Assembly: GCA_964016885.1 (NCBI GenBank)
Contig: OZ024761.1
Coordinates: 19,220,001 to 19,284,000, forward strand
Reading direction: 5' to 3'
Origin: Eledone cirrhosa
Lineage: Eukaryota
DNA length: 64,000 bases
Shown here: positions 39,264 to 52,298 of the stretch, in pieces
Position numbering within the stretch: the first letter of the stretch is position 1
Layout of the letters: each line of letters begins with the position of its first letter
Program-made: the position numbers and the translations under genes
Notes under the pieces: generated by a model
The model's database searches: none
What the model was told of the DNA's origin: nothing
Seen by the model: the letters and a program-made list of their open reading frames with translations, nothing else

Positions 39264-39826
39264 CTGAAGCCAAAGAAGAAGGAGAAACATAGGTTACGGG
39301 TGTGGTCATTTGATGGAGGGGGGAATGGTGGTGTTGTGTGTGTGGGGGGGGGGGGGGGGGTCAAAGACAAAGAAACACAGCTTATGTGTGTGGTTATTTG
39401 GTGGGGAGTGAGGAGTGGTGGTGTGTGTTGGAGGTGATAGTGATGGCGGTAGTAGGGGAGATGTGATAATAATTGTTTCTACTTTTGGCACAAGGCCAGC
39501 AATTGTCCCAGTGCATTACTGGTACTTTATTTTATCGACCCCCGTAAGGATGAAAGGCAAAGTTAACCTCGGCGTGATTTGAACTCAGACCATAAAGGGC
39601 CGTAACTCTAAGCTGCAAAGCATGGCGTCCGACCCTCTACCGATACTGCCAATCCACCATAATAATGGTTAGATGTGGGTGTTGGTAGTGGTATTGATGA
39701 TGCTGGTGGTTGTATTGACAGTGATGGTTGTGGTGGTAGTAGCGGCTGTGGTTGTATTGATGGTGTTGGTAGTACAGAGTGTATTTTATCATGGGACCAT
39801 TACTACCACTTTACAGAGAACTTTAA

Positions 39827-40172
39827 GGCACATGGCTTAGTGGTTACAGCATTGGCCTTGCAATCGAAAGGTTGTGAGTTCAATTCTCAGACCGGGTGAT
39901 GTGTTGTTTCCTTGAGCAAGACACTTTATTTCACATTGCTCCAGTTTACTCAGCTGTAGAAATGAAATGATAGGGACTGGGGTCCCTATCATTCCACTGC
40001 AATGTGGTCGTGGAGGTGCCATGGCAAAAAAGCACCCAGCACTCACTGTAAATGAGGTTGGTGTTAGGAAGGGCATCCAGCTGTAGAAATCAAGCCAGAA
40101 TCAGTTCCCGTCCCACCCTTGCAAGCAGGGAAAAGCGGACGTAAATGATGATGAAGATGATGATGATGATGA
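39827..40172 (+). mobile_element. tRNA-derived SINE with RTE-like 3' tail (family A)
   Basis: A box TGGCTTAGTGG, B box GAGTTCAATTC, (ATG)n tail; several near-identical copies in the window. Confidence 0.9.
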
Positions 40173-40582
40173 TTGGGTGTATTTTATCATGGCACCATCA
40201 CTACCACTTTACAGAGTGTACTGGGTGTACTTTAGTATGGCACCATCACTACTACTTTACAGAGTGTACTGGGTGTATTTTATCATGGCACCATCACTAC
40301 TACTTTACAGAGTGTACTGGGTGTACTTTAGTATGGCACCATCACTACATTCTTTACAGAGTGTACTGGGTGTATTTTATCATGGCACCATCACTACCAC
40401 TTTACAGAATGTACTGGGTGTATTTTATCATGGCACCATCACTACCACTTTACAGAATGTACTGGGTGTATTTTATCATGGCACCATTACTACCACTTTA
40501 CAGAGTGTACTGGGTGTACTTTAGTATGGCACCATCACTACCACTTTACAGAATGTACTGGGTGTATTTTATCATGGCACCA
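40173..40582. repeat. 48-bp minisatellite, about 8 copies
   Basis: ttacagag recurs at 40209 and 40257. Confidence 0.93.
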
Positions 40583-40630
40583 TATGCCAACTGTCTCTAA
40601 ATCAATTTCGATATTTAATCATCCCCTCAC

Positions 40631-40718
40631 CTTGTTCTTGTTGTTGTCCAAAGCAACAGAAGTCTCACTTGATGTCGCGAGGTGAGAAGGATTGGTTAAA
40701 CTGCTGCTCCCACTGGCA
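40631..40718 (-). CDS. METTL14: METTL14 exon 3
   Basis: tag|(S)ASGSSSLTNPSHLATSSETSVALDNNKNK|gtgagg; poorly conserved linker, bridges phase 2 to phase 0. Confidence 0.8.
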
Positions 40719-40867
40719 CTAAAACAAACAAATTTTTTTTTAAATACAAACAGCAAATTAGTTCATTTAGGAATTATAGAAGACATTGATGGTTTAAACC
40801 TACTTCAGAGTGAGAAGTGAGACGTGAACGGTGAAAGGGTTAACTTGCTGTTGAAAACATAGTTTAA

Positions 40868-41073
40868 CCCTTTAGCATTTAAACCGGCTGTATCTGGCCA
40901 GAATTCTCTCACCTCTTTCTGTTTAAACCGACTGTAACCAGCCACTCATACAGATGTTAAGATATTGTTCTCAAAATAAATAACATCAAAATCTCGTGTA
41001 TCCGATATTATGAGATAAACTGTTTACCATGAAAATATAATAGTAAATATAGAGCAATGTAAATGCTAAAGGG
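40868..41073. mobile_element. piggyBac-like MITE (about 205 bp)
   Basis: TTAA flanks and 14-bp TIRs CCCTTTAGCATTTA/TAAATGCTAAAGGG; further copies near 5300-5528, 7122-7338, 19555-19952, 25275-25664, 31778-32005, 55127-55343. Confidence 0.85.
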
Positions 41074-41670
41074 TTAAATGTTAGAATAGACATAGCATAT
41101 TCCTGCATGTTATGACATGTGACTAAAATGGGCTGACATGAGGAAGTTCTTCAACATAACTTCTTTGCCCACTTATTACTGAAAGGGTCATAGGGGCAGA
41201 GTCCTCAAACATTCCTTCCAGCTGGTCCTGTCAGAAGCAACCATCTCCAGGCAAGACCAGCCAAGCTCAAGGATGTTATCCAACCATCTTGCTTAGGGTG
41301 AGTCTACCCCTGGGTCTCCTAGTGGTTGGTTTTACCCATAAAATATGTCCAGGGAATCATTCCTGAGATATTCTAATCACGTGCCCATAGTATTGGAGCT
41401 GTGATCTCTCAATTCGGAGTAGTGGCTCTACCTGGAGTGATTCTCTGATCTCCAAGCTATGCACTTTATCAAGTAACATTACTCTAAACACCCTTGGAGT
41501 ACACCAAGCTGTGGCAATTATTGTATTTAAAAGAATGGGGCATACGTTACAGTGATAGCCAGAGGTCCTATATACCCTGCTCGCTGTCACAGTTGCATTC
41601 AACAGTGTAGTTATTGGGCAATACAATTATTCCATTGATCAGTTTGGTCAAGCATTGTCTGAAATCTTAC

Positions 41671-41747
41671 CTGGCCTCCTGTTTCTTCTCTGCGTTGACT
41701 TCACTGTGTAAGATGGTCTTTAGCCCTTCTGGACCAGAAGCACCCAG
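41671..41747 (-). CDS. METTL14: METTL14 exon 2
   Basis: cag|[25 protein letters not shown]|gtaag; phase fits neighbours. Confidence 0.9.
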
Positions 41748-41784
41748 CTGCAACAGATTGATATTGGACAGGTCAGACGGTGGT

Positions 41785-41785
41785 A

Positions 41786-41857
<72 letters not shown>

Positions 41858-41896
41858 CATCAGAGTCGACTGTAGTGTTGCCGTATATATTAGTAT

Positions 41897-41943
<47 letters not shown>

Positions 41944-42184
41944 TATACATACATATATATATATATATACACACATATATATACATACATATATATATGT
42001 ATATATATATATACACACATACATACATATATATATATGTAAATATATATATATATGTATATATATATATACACACATATATACACATACATATACATAC
42101 ATATGTATATATAAATATATATATACATATATATATATAAGTATATATATATATCCACACATATACACATACATACATATATAC

Positions 42185-42215
<31 letters not shown>

Positions 42216-42341
42216 CACATACATATACATATATATCCATATATATATATGTATATATATATATACACACATAGACATATATATACATATATACACATAC
42301 ATATATATACATATATACACATACATATATATATACATATG

Positions 42342-42373
<32 letters not shown>

Positions 42374-42375
42374 CG
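41785..42375. repeat. (TA)n/(CA)n compound microsatellite
   Basis: Visible in sequence; similar tracts at 33495-33870 and 48634-48945. Confidence 0.95.
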
Positions 42376-42769
42376 TATGTAAGTGCATATGTATGTGTCA
42401 TCATGATTTAACGTCCACTTTCCATGCTACCATGGGTTAGACGGGTTGTCCCATTTGACCCAACTTGCCACAAATGGGACAACCCGTCTCACCCATGATA
42501 TATATATGCACATATATATCTCACATAAATATATATATATATATGTGTATACATGCACACACACATATATATTTGATGTTACAAATGTGAGAAAGAGTAC
42601 TCAATACAAGTAATAAAGTTTACATATCGGAGGAGGGGTAGAAAAGCTAGTGTTTCCTTGTTACATGCAATCGTTTAGTCAATAAAAATAGGGATTTAAA
42701 AAATAGCATCGCTTAAACCAATCCCACATAGTAGGCTGTCCTTGCACCACGGGCCTTCTGGGGTCAATG

Positions 42770-43590
42770 AAATAAAGTACCAGTAATGTGCTGGATTCGA
42801 TTTAATCGACTTTCCCCTCCCCCAAATTGTTGGTCTTGTGCCTAAATCAGAAATCATCATTAATAATTGTTTCTACTTTTGGCACAAGGCCAGCAATTAT
42901 CTCAGTGTATTACTGATACTTTATTTTGTCGACCCCATAAGGATGATAGGCTAAGTTAACCTCGGCGGGATTTGAACTCAGAATGGCAAGGACCGCCATT
43001 AATAATTGTGGACTGGCAGTATCGGTGGATAACCTGCTTTGCGGCATAGAGGTGTGGCCCTTTGCGTTCTGCGTTCAAATCCCACCGGGGTTAGCTTTCT
43101 TAAATAAAGTACCAGTAATGCACTGCGTCGATTTAATCGACTTTCCCCTCCCCCAAAATTGCTAGCCTTGTGCCTATATAAGAAATCATTAGTGGATTGG
43201 CAGTATCGGTAGAGGGTCGGACGCCATGCTTTGACGCATAGAGTTACGGCCCTTGCCATTCTGAGTTCAAATCCCGCCGAGGTTAACTTTACCTTTCATC
43301 CTTACGGGGTCAGTAAGATAAAGTACCAGTCACGCACTGGGGTCGATTTAATCGACTTTCCCCTACTGCCAAAGTGCTGGCCTTGTGCCTACATAAGAAA
43401 CCATTATTATTAAAAGTGGTTGATTGGCAGAATCTGTAGAGCGTCGGACAACATGCTTTGTCAACTTTGCCTTTCATCCTTCCGGGATCGATCAAATAAA
43501 GTACCAGTCACGCACTGAGGTCGATTTAATCGACTTTTCCCTCCCTTACAATTGCTGATCTTGTGCCAAAAGTAGAAACGTTATTATCAT
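42770..43590. mobile_element. Cluster of family B SINEs in both orientations
   Basis: Repeated ctgagttcaaatccc..aaagtaccagt..cttgtgcc units. Confidence 0.82.
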
Positions 43591-44098
43591 TAATCATAAG
43601 AATGTTCCACAAATTCTCAGTTCTCTCTCTTTCTCTCCTGCGTTGCCAAACATTTTAGGTTGGAATGGTGTAGAAACTCCCTCTGTGACTTATCGCAAAA
43701 ACAAAACGCAAAAAAAAAAAAGGAAGAGTCTATGTAGCCGGTAAGAGTGTCAAACACCATGAGTTGCGACCCGAGTTAAGACAATAGTTAAAACAATTTG
43801 AAATCTTTTCCACCATAAATTGTTAAAAAACAAGTTAAAATCCTTTAGTCGTCCATTTGTAACGTACTTTACGCTCTAGTTACATGCACACACATCTTCA
43901 CGTAAACACAAATAGATATAGACAACTGAAGTATGGACTGGTGAAACGCTATAGCATGTGTGTTGTGTCCCTTTAGGGTTTATCGGCTACATGGTCTATT
44001 CGGGGAGGGGGGCTCAAAACCCCACCAGGAAACCATATAAAAAGTCTGCGAGAGGCTCAATTGTAAAGAATTCTAAAATGAAATACACAAATACTTAC

Positions 44099-44164
44099 AG
44101 CTAAAGCCAAAAGTTTCTTCCTCTCTTGAGATCTTTCTCGAAGCTCTTTCAGTCGTTCATTCAT
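44099..44164 (-). CDS. METTL14: METTL14 (m6A methyltransferase non-catalytic subunit) exon 1 of 10
   Basis: MNERLKELRERSQERKKLLALA|gtaagt. Join 44164-44099,41747-41671,40718-40631,39263-39198,38500-38413,37174-37084,32178-32040,30477-30385,29964-29848,27477-26863 = 1440 nt, 479 aa plus stop. Confidence 0.92.
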
Positions 44165-45562
44165 TGTGCTTCCAGTTTGTTTATCGTTTGAGAGTTGATA
44201 GTAGTAAACAAGCCTTGTTATTTATATATACATATATTTATATATATTTATATAAACCGCTGTATTGGTATCTAAGTAACTTTGCGTAATTCTTATAATT
44301 GGTTTGTTTGATTGATTGGTTAACTAACAACTAATTAATTAATTCTAATAAAAGTAAAGGAAATGTTCGTAATACCATAATTAGACAACTGCCAGGGGGT
44401 ATTTCAGCTTTAAATGGTTTGGGTTTCAATACTAACCTACGTATATTTTATGTTTGTATTATATATTATATAAATGTGTGCGTGTATAGTCTTTTCCTCC
44501 TGTCGTTGGAGTTTATGAAGATACATTTAATTATATAGAAGGGCGGGAAACGTGTGGTAAATACACATTAGGTGGAGCAACGTTGAAGGTTTGTTAAAAT
44601 ATCTGTATCATTGTAATTACAATCAAGGCGGTAGATATGGAAACATCTTCCGACTTCACCGCTCATAGACGGTGCAAACATAAATAAATCTCTCGTTTGA
44701 ATAGTTTCGAATGCCGTTCTATATCATTTTTTTTTTTTATTAAAAAAAATGGTACATTCATAAATAGACATTTGGTTGATTTACAAAACGACAACGCAGA
44801 TAACTATAAGTAATAGTTGTAGCTATAAATAGAGATACGTTGTTCGATTCCCACAGGCGCCTCTTTACACTTTTTTTTTCGAATCCAGAAAGTGTACTTT
44901 ATCCAGCTTTTCAACTATTATTTAAAGTTATCTGCACTAACACCTTTTCACGTTACATCCACAAGTGTATGTTTAATTAAATAAATTCTATAACTTTCCT
45001 TTCATCTTTCCGGAGCCTCAATAAATTAAAAGTACTAGGATCGATTTAATCGACTCCCTTCCCACTTAAAAAATATGCGGGGCTTGTGCCTAAACTAGAA
45101 ATGATTCGTATGTTTATTAAATATTTGATATTATGACGATAATTGGAAGAATTTCTTCCCGAAACCAAAATTCAAAAACTGGTTCTAACTGTGAATTGGA
45201 ATTTTGACATTACTCTTAATAACTGCTGATTTTGTAAAAAAATAAATTACTTTATTTTATTTTTAAAATATCTAAATAAATATTTTCGATTTATTTTAAA
45301 ATATCTTTTCACTTTAAATAAATTATATAAACCATTTGTTTCATGTTCGAAACTACACAGTTGAGATGTGGAGACATTATTGTTTAACGTCTGCTGATTT
45401 AATAAACAGCTTATTTTATTTTTAAATATTTTTATAAATATTGTTTAGCCATTTTGGAGCTTTCTGTCTTTTCTTCTTTTTTTGGTTTTGAAAAGATAAT
45501 TTTTTTGTTGTTGTACGAAACTACACAGTTCAGTGGATGGCTTTAGCTGTTCATTAACCATC
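44165..45562. promoter_or_regulatory. Probable bidirectional promoter region METTL14/NFU1
   Basis: Divergent start codons about 1.4 kb apart; mostly non-repetitive spacer. Confidence 0.55.
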
Positions 45563-45636
45563 ATGGCCAACTCCTTGGTATTCAGACGTCTGCTAAAACC
45601 TCTTTCGTTCAATTATTCCTTCAACAAAGTAGTTCG
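45563..45636 (+). CDS. NFU1: NFU1 (mitochondrial Fe-S cluster carrier) exon 1 of 8
   Basis: MANSLVFRRLLKPLSFNYSFNKVV|gtgaat; basic, acid-free presequence-like peptide. Join 45563-45636,47504-47619,48987-49122,50318-50384,51130-51241,52195-52298,55531-55665,56755-56826 = 816 nt, 271 aa plus stop. Confidence 0.78.
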
Positions 45637-47503
45637 GTGAATAGAAACTTTATAATTTACCTTTTATATACACTATATGATTTCTGTAATTCCTTTGTCA
45701 TACATGCTATGTCTTCATGTGAGCTATTAACGTTAGGACACTGCGGAGGTCATACTATCGGAGATTCAAAGTGAAAACACAAACGCAAAACTATATAGTC
45801 ACTGTACCGGTTATAGTCGCATCTTGCTCGCCACACTCAGCACGGTTTCATTTCATGTATATTTCTGTGTCCTACTTAGAACAATTCCAGTTATTATCAC
45901 GCATATGTTTATAGTAAAACTGTTTACAAAACTTATTACGTAATACTGAAATAGGAAACCTTGATAACAGATCTCGAAGAGGGGGTGGACTACACCATGT
46001 TTAAAATGCCCAAGACATATCTCACTATGGCGCCCCAACAATTCTGTTGGGAGCTATAGGTCTATATAGATGTGTTACATAAGACTGGAAGAGGAAACCT
46101 TGACAACAGATCTCGAAGAGAGGGTGGGCTGCACCAGATTTAAAATGCGCAAGACAAGCTGTATCTCACTATGGCGCCCCTACGGCTTCATCAGTAGTTA
46201 TAGGTCTATATATATACATATATATATGTATGTACGTGTGTTAGTGTGTATATGCTAGAATGGAGCATGCAAAATAAATCCAGTGAATCAGAAAATATTT
46301 TCATTTTCTTATTTCGAGATCTATTGTTATTGAGAACCGAAGAGTGTATTTTGAAAGTACATTACGTAATATATGCATTTTAAAGTCATCACCCGGATTT
46401 TGCAGACCTGAAAAATTTCATGGTCATCAAGGATGTCTTTTTTGAAGCAGTGCTTCCCAGCACCGTTTTAGTCGCCTCTTAGGAAAGCCCAGATTAAGGT
46501 TTTTAGAGGACCATACACTGTATGGTGTAGCAAGTTAAGTCAGGAACCACTGCTTCCCTGGTATGGTCAAGCTATAATTCCCTGGTATGGTCAAGCTATA
46601 ATTCCTTGACTAAAACCACCCTTCAGGGCACAGTTGAGGGCAGGGAAGAGCAAAAAGAGGCAAAACCTAGTCCGACAATATCAAAGACTAGACTGGTCAA
46701 AACACCAAAACCCTTCTATGCATGATGAAGAATAGAGACCAGTGGTGACAACTGACTACGAAAGTGCCTAGAGTGGCACCCCAACAACTGGTTCCATCAG
46801 TTGCGGGAACATGATGATTATGATGATACTATGTATGGAACAAACTACTATATACTGTACTGGAAAAATACTCTATGGGGTGCCCTCTCTTTACTTGAGG
46901 CCCTAAACATGTTTATTTTCCTTTGAAGTGATATGGTGTACCATATGAGTGAAGGCGAGTAGCTTAGTGGTTAAGCTGTTTGGTTCATGATCAAAAGGTC
47001 ATGAGTTTGATTCCTACCCACACCAGGTGGCACTGGCACGTTGTGTCCTTGAGCAAGACACTTTATATCTTGTTGCTCCAGTGGTCTGTAGACTTATCAT
47101 CCCTTTCTGCTGTATTAAATGATATTCAAAGCTCTATTAACAGAACAAAATGATCTGTTACTGAGGCTGTTTCTTGTTTCTCCACAAGGATGATAGGAAG
47201 CTGTCCTTTGCATACCTATTCTGAGCCATACACGAGGGTGTGCCAAAAAGTTCATTGACTGACTATGAATGAGTGATGCTAGAGCTGTGAAATCTTGCAT
47301 TAATTTCAACTTTTCTGGGACTATGTTGAAAAATAAACCTCATTTGTTCATTCCATGAGAGTATCTTGGTCAGCCTATGAACTTTTCTACCGACCTTCGT
47401 GCATTGCTCCTCTCCGGGGGGGGGGGGGGGGGGGCTCTCCGATCTCCTCCTCCTCCTTCATATGTTGGCTAGTTGTGAATCTTTATATTTTTCTCTTTTA
47501 CAG

Positions 47504-47619
47504 TAACCGCTCTCTTTCATCTGTAGTGAACTCAGTGAATAAAGCAAGGACAGTGTCCAGTAACTTCCCTACTATCTACCACAGACAATGGCCACTCGTT
47601 TCTCCATACCAACAGAATG
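47504..47619 (+). CDS. NFU1: NFU1 exon 2
   Basis: tttacag|(R)NRSLSSVVNSVNKARTVSSNFPTIYHRQWPLVSPYQQN|gtaagc; continues the transit peptide, phases fit. Confidence 0.8.
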
Positions 47620-47682
47620 GTAAGCAACAATAGTTCTCTTTTCTCTGATACTTTTCAAAGAGAATATCTTCTCCTTAATTAT

Positions 47683-48067
47683 TCAAAATTTACACAGTCC
47701 GAAACACAGTGGTCCAACACCGGTCCAATTTCGCCTTGAATTGTTGCACAGTTGACGTGCGTTGACTACTTCTTCTGGAAGCCGATTCCAGGGTCCAGAG
47801 ATGCGGATCGAGAAAGCAGCTTTCCGTCTATTTAGGCGAAAGCGGTGGTGAAACAGCTTTTTGCCATGTCCACGTAGACCTCTTTCAAGTGCCGAAGTGA
47901 ATAGGAGATCTTGAGGGAGATCGTAATGGCCATTGAAGAGATTGTAAGCCAAAATGAGATCGCCTCTTACCCGTCGACGCTCCAAGAGAAGAGGTTCAGC
48001 TTCTGCAGCCGGCTTTCGTAGGGCAGCTCATGAAGACCCTGTACCATTCAAGTCGCTAGTCGTTGAA
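47683..48067 (-). mobile_element. CR1/L2-like LINE 3' fragment
   Basis: ERRRVRGDLILAYNLFNG..RGHGKKL..FSIRISGPWNRLPEEVVNA. Confidence 0.85.
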
Positions 48068-48721
48068 CACCAGTTCTACAATTAGCTGGTCAAAATAACT
48101 TCAATGGAATATATATATATTACATATGGAAATGACATCTACAGAACTGTTTCATTTGTATCACATTCCTGATGATTGTCATACAAATGTTCTAATGCTG
48201 TAGAAGTCATTTCTATATATAATAAATATGCCTATACTCTACCAATGTATTGAGTACCTTTTTTTAACTGTGGTTACTCTCTGAGTTGGGAATCTACATA
48301 TATATATATATATATATCAAATTATAAATGTGAGGAAATAATAGACAAAAATATACCTATTTTTTCTTCAAAATCCTGACTGCAGTTTCGCTGAGTGGTT
48401 TGCAGCAATCTTGCACCAGAAAAATGCAGCATTGTTGTGAGGCTATAGGCTTATCAAGAGACCCTTCAGTTTAGTGGACTGTTTCTTGACCCGACCACTA
48501 CAACTGAATAGTTCTCGGGAGGGAGAAATTATCATGTGATACAGCGATCACAGAAGGGAGGCGAAGGCTGGATATTAATGAGTACCATATTTGCTAAAAA
48601 AAGCAGTTAGCACCTGCCTGTTTAACTCTACCATGTATGTATGTATGTGCGTATATATATATATATATATATATATAATGTGTATATGTATATATATGTG
48701 TGTATATATATATATAATGTG

Positions 48722-48752
<31 letters not shown>

Positions 48753-48986
48753 GAGTGTGTATATATATATATTATATATATGTGTGTGTATATATATGTA
48801 TGTGTGTGTGTATATACATGTGTGTGTGTATATATATATATGTGTGTGTGTATATGTATGTGTGTGTGTATATATATATATATATGTGTGTATATATATA
48901 TATATACCAGCATTGTTGTGAATATATATATATACCCACACACAAACACACATGTACCCTTTTGTTTTGTTTTTTTCTCTTTACAG

Positions 48987-49122
48987 TAAGAACCATGTTT
49001 GTTCAAACACAAGACACCCCAAATCCCAACAGCCTCAAATTCATCCCAGGTACCCAGGTACTTGAGGCTGGAACCAAAGACTTTCCAAATATGGCCTCTG
49101 CCCACTGTTCCCCCTTGGCCAG
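48987..49122 (+). CDS. NFU1: NFU1 exon 3
   Basis: (V)[44 protein letters not shown]|gtaagt; Nfu_N motif TPNPNSLKF. Confidence 0.97.
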
Positions 49123-49271
49123 GTAAGTTTATAACACAGTGTGTCTGTATGTATGTCTGTCTATGTGTTTGTATATGTATGTGTCTATGTGTTTGTATAT
49201 GTATGTGTCTATGTGTATGTATGTCTCTGTGTTTATGTGTGTGTCAATATATGTTTCTGTTTATATATATA

Positions 49272-50119
49272 CAGGGTGCAGACGATATTTGTTCGCAATT
49301 TTTAACTGCTAATTTTATGCAAATTTTTTTTACTTCCGTTGTCACTCTTGTCTTCATAAAAACAGTGACTATATTTCCATTATTTATTTTCAGAATGATT
49401 GATTATGAATAATTTTGAACCTCCAAATTTGTGGGAGAGACACGGAGTTCTTCTTGGAATCCGCGCCGGGGGACAAATAAGACCGGAAGATCAACTCCCA
49501 GAGCAACAGGTGGCTCGCTGTCTCATCCACAGACGTACCAGAGTCATGCAGACAAAGTTTCCAGCGACAACATTGGTCTTAGGTGTTGTCAGCAGTCAAG
49601 GTGGCATCATGCCACCTCACTTCTTCCCTGAGGGCCTCAAGCTGAACACCGATGGCTACATCCACGTTCTGAGCGAGGTAGTAAAGCCCTGGATCGACCA
49701 GGTAGCTGCAGGTAGGCTGTACGTGTGGCAGCAAAACTCACCGCCCTGCCATACCAGCCGAAAGACCCAAGCCTGGCTGTCAGAGAACTTCGTCGACCAC
49801 ACTTCACCTGACATCTGGCCTCCCAGCTCGCCTGACTGCAACCCCCTCGACTTCTTTGTGTAGGGCGCAGATGTAGCTGCAATACGAAAGACGATCTGAA
49901 GGCCAGGATCACAAGTGCCTTTAGGGGCCTAAGTCGGGGGACAGTGACGAAGGCCTGTAGCCGGTTCCAAGGCCACTTTGAGGCCGTCATCAAAGCCAAT
50001 AGCGGGTTTATCGAGTGAGATCGAAAGAACAAGACATGAAGACAAACTGACCCAAGTTTGATAAATAAATCTTAAAAAATAAAACTACAGTAATCTTGCG
50101 AACAAATATCGTCCGCACC

Positions 50120-50122
<3 letters not shown>
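49272..50122 (+). mobile_element. Internally deleted Tc1/mariner (DD37D/maT) transposon, second copy
   Basis: Same TIRs, TA flanks, internal junction and TAG stop after NPLDFFV. Confidence 0.93.
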
Positions 50123-50217
<95 letters not shown>

Positions 50218-50317
50218 TTGTATGTATCTCTGTGTGTGTAAAATCTGTCCAATGATTCTTTATGAAACTATTATCTTGTTTTATTTACTTTTGTTTCTTT
50301 GTTTTCCCTCTCCCCAG

Positions 50318-50384
50318 GCAACTTTTCAGAGTGGAAGGGGTGAGGTCAGTGTTTTTTGGCTCTGATTTTATCACAGTCAACAAG
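50318..50384 (+). CDS. NFU1: NFU1 exon 4
   Basis: cag|(R)[22 protein letters not shown]|gtaagt. Confidence 0.96.
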
Positions 50385-50541
50385 GTAAGTTGAACTGTTG
50401 TTGTTATTGTTGTTATAGCTGTTGTTGTTAGGCACCTTGTTAACTTCACTATCATTAGTATTGTTGTTTTTCATCATTATCATCATCATCGTCAACAACA
50501 TCATTGTTATCATTGTCGATATCATCCTCAATATATATATA

Positions 50542-50888
50542 GGAGGCACATGGCTTAGTGGTTAGAGCATTGGCCTTGCAATCGAAAGGTTGTGAGTTCA
50601 ATTCTTAGACCGGGGGATGTGTTGTTTCCTTGAGCAAGACACTTTATTTCACATTGCTCCATTTTACTCAGCTGTAGAAATGAGATGATAGGGGCTGGGG
50701 TCCCTATCATTCCACTGCAAAGTGGTCGTGGAGGCGCCAAGGAAAAAAAAGCACCCAGCACTCACTGTAAATGTGGTTGGTGTTAGGAAGGGCATCCAGC
50801 TGTAGAAATCAAGCCAGAATCAGTTCCCGTCCCACCCTTGCAAGCAGGGAAAAGCGGACGTAAAATGATGATGATGATGATGATGATC
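50542..50888 (+). mobile_element. SINE family A copy
   Basis: Near-identical to 39827-40172. Confidence 0.9.
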
Positions 50889-51129
50889 ACTATCATTACA
50901 CTTGTCCTTATCATCATCATCATTATCATCACTGTCATCATCATATGTTCTGTGTGATTTTCCTCCCCCCCAGACAGAAGACACACATTGGTCTATTATT
51001 CAACTCAACATCTATGACATCATCATCATTATTATTGTCATCATCATCACCATCGTAGTCATCACTCATCATAGTCATCATCATCATTGTCATTATTATA
51101 TGACGCCTGTTTTTATCTCTCCACTCCAG

Positions 51130-51241
51130 ATAGAAGACACCGACTGGTCAATTATTAAACCCAATATTTACGCGACAATAATGGATTTCTTTGCCAGTGG
51201 TCTGCCAGTGTTGACTGAAGAGCAGCCTTCAGCAGAAACAG
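51130..51241 (+). CDS. NFU1: NFU1 exon 5
   Basis: cag|[37 protein letters not shown]|gtacaa. Confidence 0.95.
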
Positions 51242-52194
51242 GTACAAAAAAAAAAAAACAATTCACTTCTTAGATACTGATCTACGTCTCCTGTTGGAAA
51301 TTAGCGTAGTTTTATGTCCACAGTCAGTGGAATGTCATGGTTGGAATGGATTGTCACAGAACTGAGACAGTTCTTATTTACGGTTACTGCCCTCCAAGAT
51401 GGAGAGTCATGGTGGGGATACTTTCGATTTCTGGTCTGCTCGATCAAGGCTGATCTGATTCTTTGTGAGTGAATTTAGTAGATGAAAACTGTAAGAAAGG
51501 CCATCATATATGTACATAGGTGTATGTCACATCGGCAGCTGGAGCCATATTAGCATTGTATGCTCAAACTGGTGAACCAATAATAACTAAACATTACACA
51601 TCAATACACTAATATATATAGGTTACTATGTGATTAACTTGTAGTTACTAGGTGTTAATTAAGAGTCAGGATCCAATCGCCTGATCACACCCGAGCTGAT
51701 TGATATCGAAACAATTGTAATAGGCAATTAAGTTTCATAACAAGCTGCAAATCTGACTTCTTATTGTCATTGGACCTGTTATGTTTATCTAAAGACATTG
51801 TTTTCCAATTCCACCCAGCCCATCCCTTCAATCTATCTTATTTCTCATTCTTTCTTCTGATGAAGGACTAGCCTCCAAAACGTTAAGACCCTCTTCTTGC
51901 TATTTCAAGCGTTAACCTAATATATTCTTTCCATATACTGTACCGATTGTGTTGTTATTTCTGTATACCTTTTACATACATACATATATATATATATATA
52001 ATCATCAACTTTAATGTCTGCTTTCCTTGCTAGCAAGGGTTGGACAAGTCAGTACTTATTAAAATCATTTTCATATGCCCCACACCCCGCCTTTAAATAT
52101 TCACTTGCCTTTCCATCCTACCCCTGTGGGCCGTGGGCCCCATATTGGAAAATCACCGGTATAAAAAGCCCTTTTGTGTGTGTCTTAATTTCAG

Positions 52195-52298
52195 CTATTG
52201 ACCCCGAAGATGATGAAACTGTGACAATGATTAAGGAGTTACTTGATACAAGGATCAGACCTACAGTTCAAGAAGATGGTGGGGATATCGTATTCATG
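52195..52298 (+). CDS. NFU1: NFU1 exon 6
   Basis: cag|(A)[34 protein letters not shown]|gtttgt. Confidence 0.96.

Noticed and set aside
44790-44880. GTTCGATTCC B-box-like motif followed by a T-run
   Set aside because: No T-stem, acceptor stem or clear A box, so a tRNA cannot be supported.
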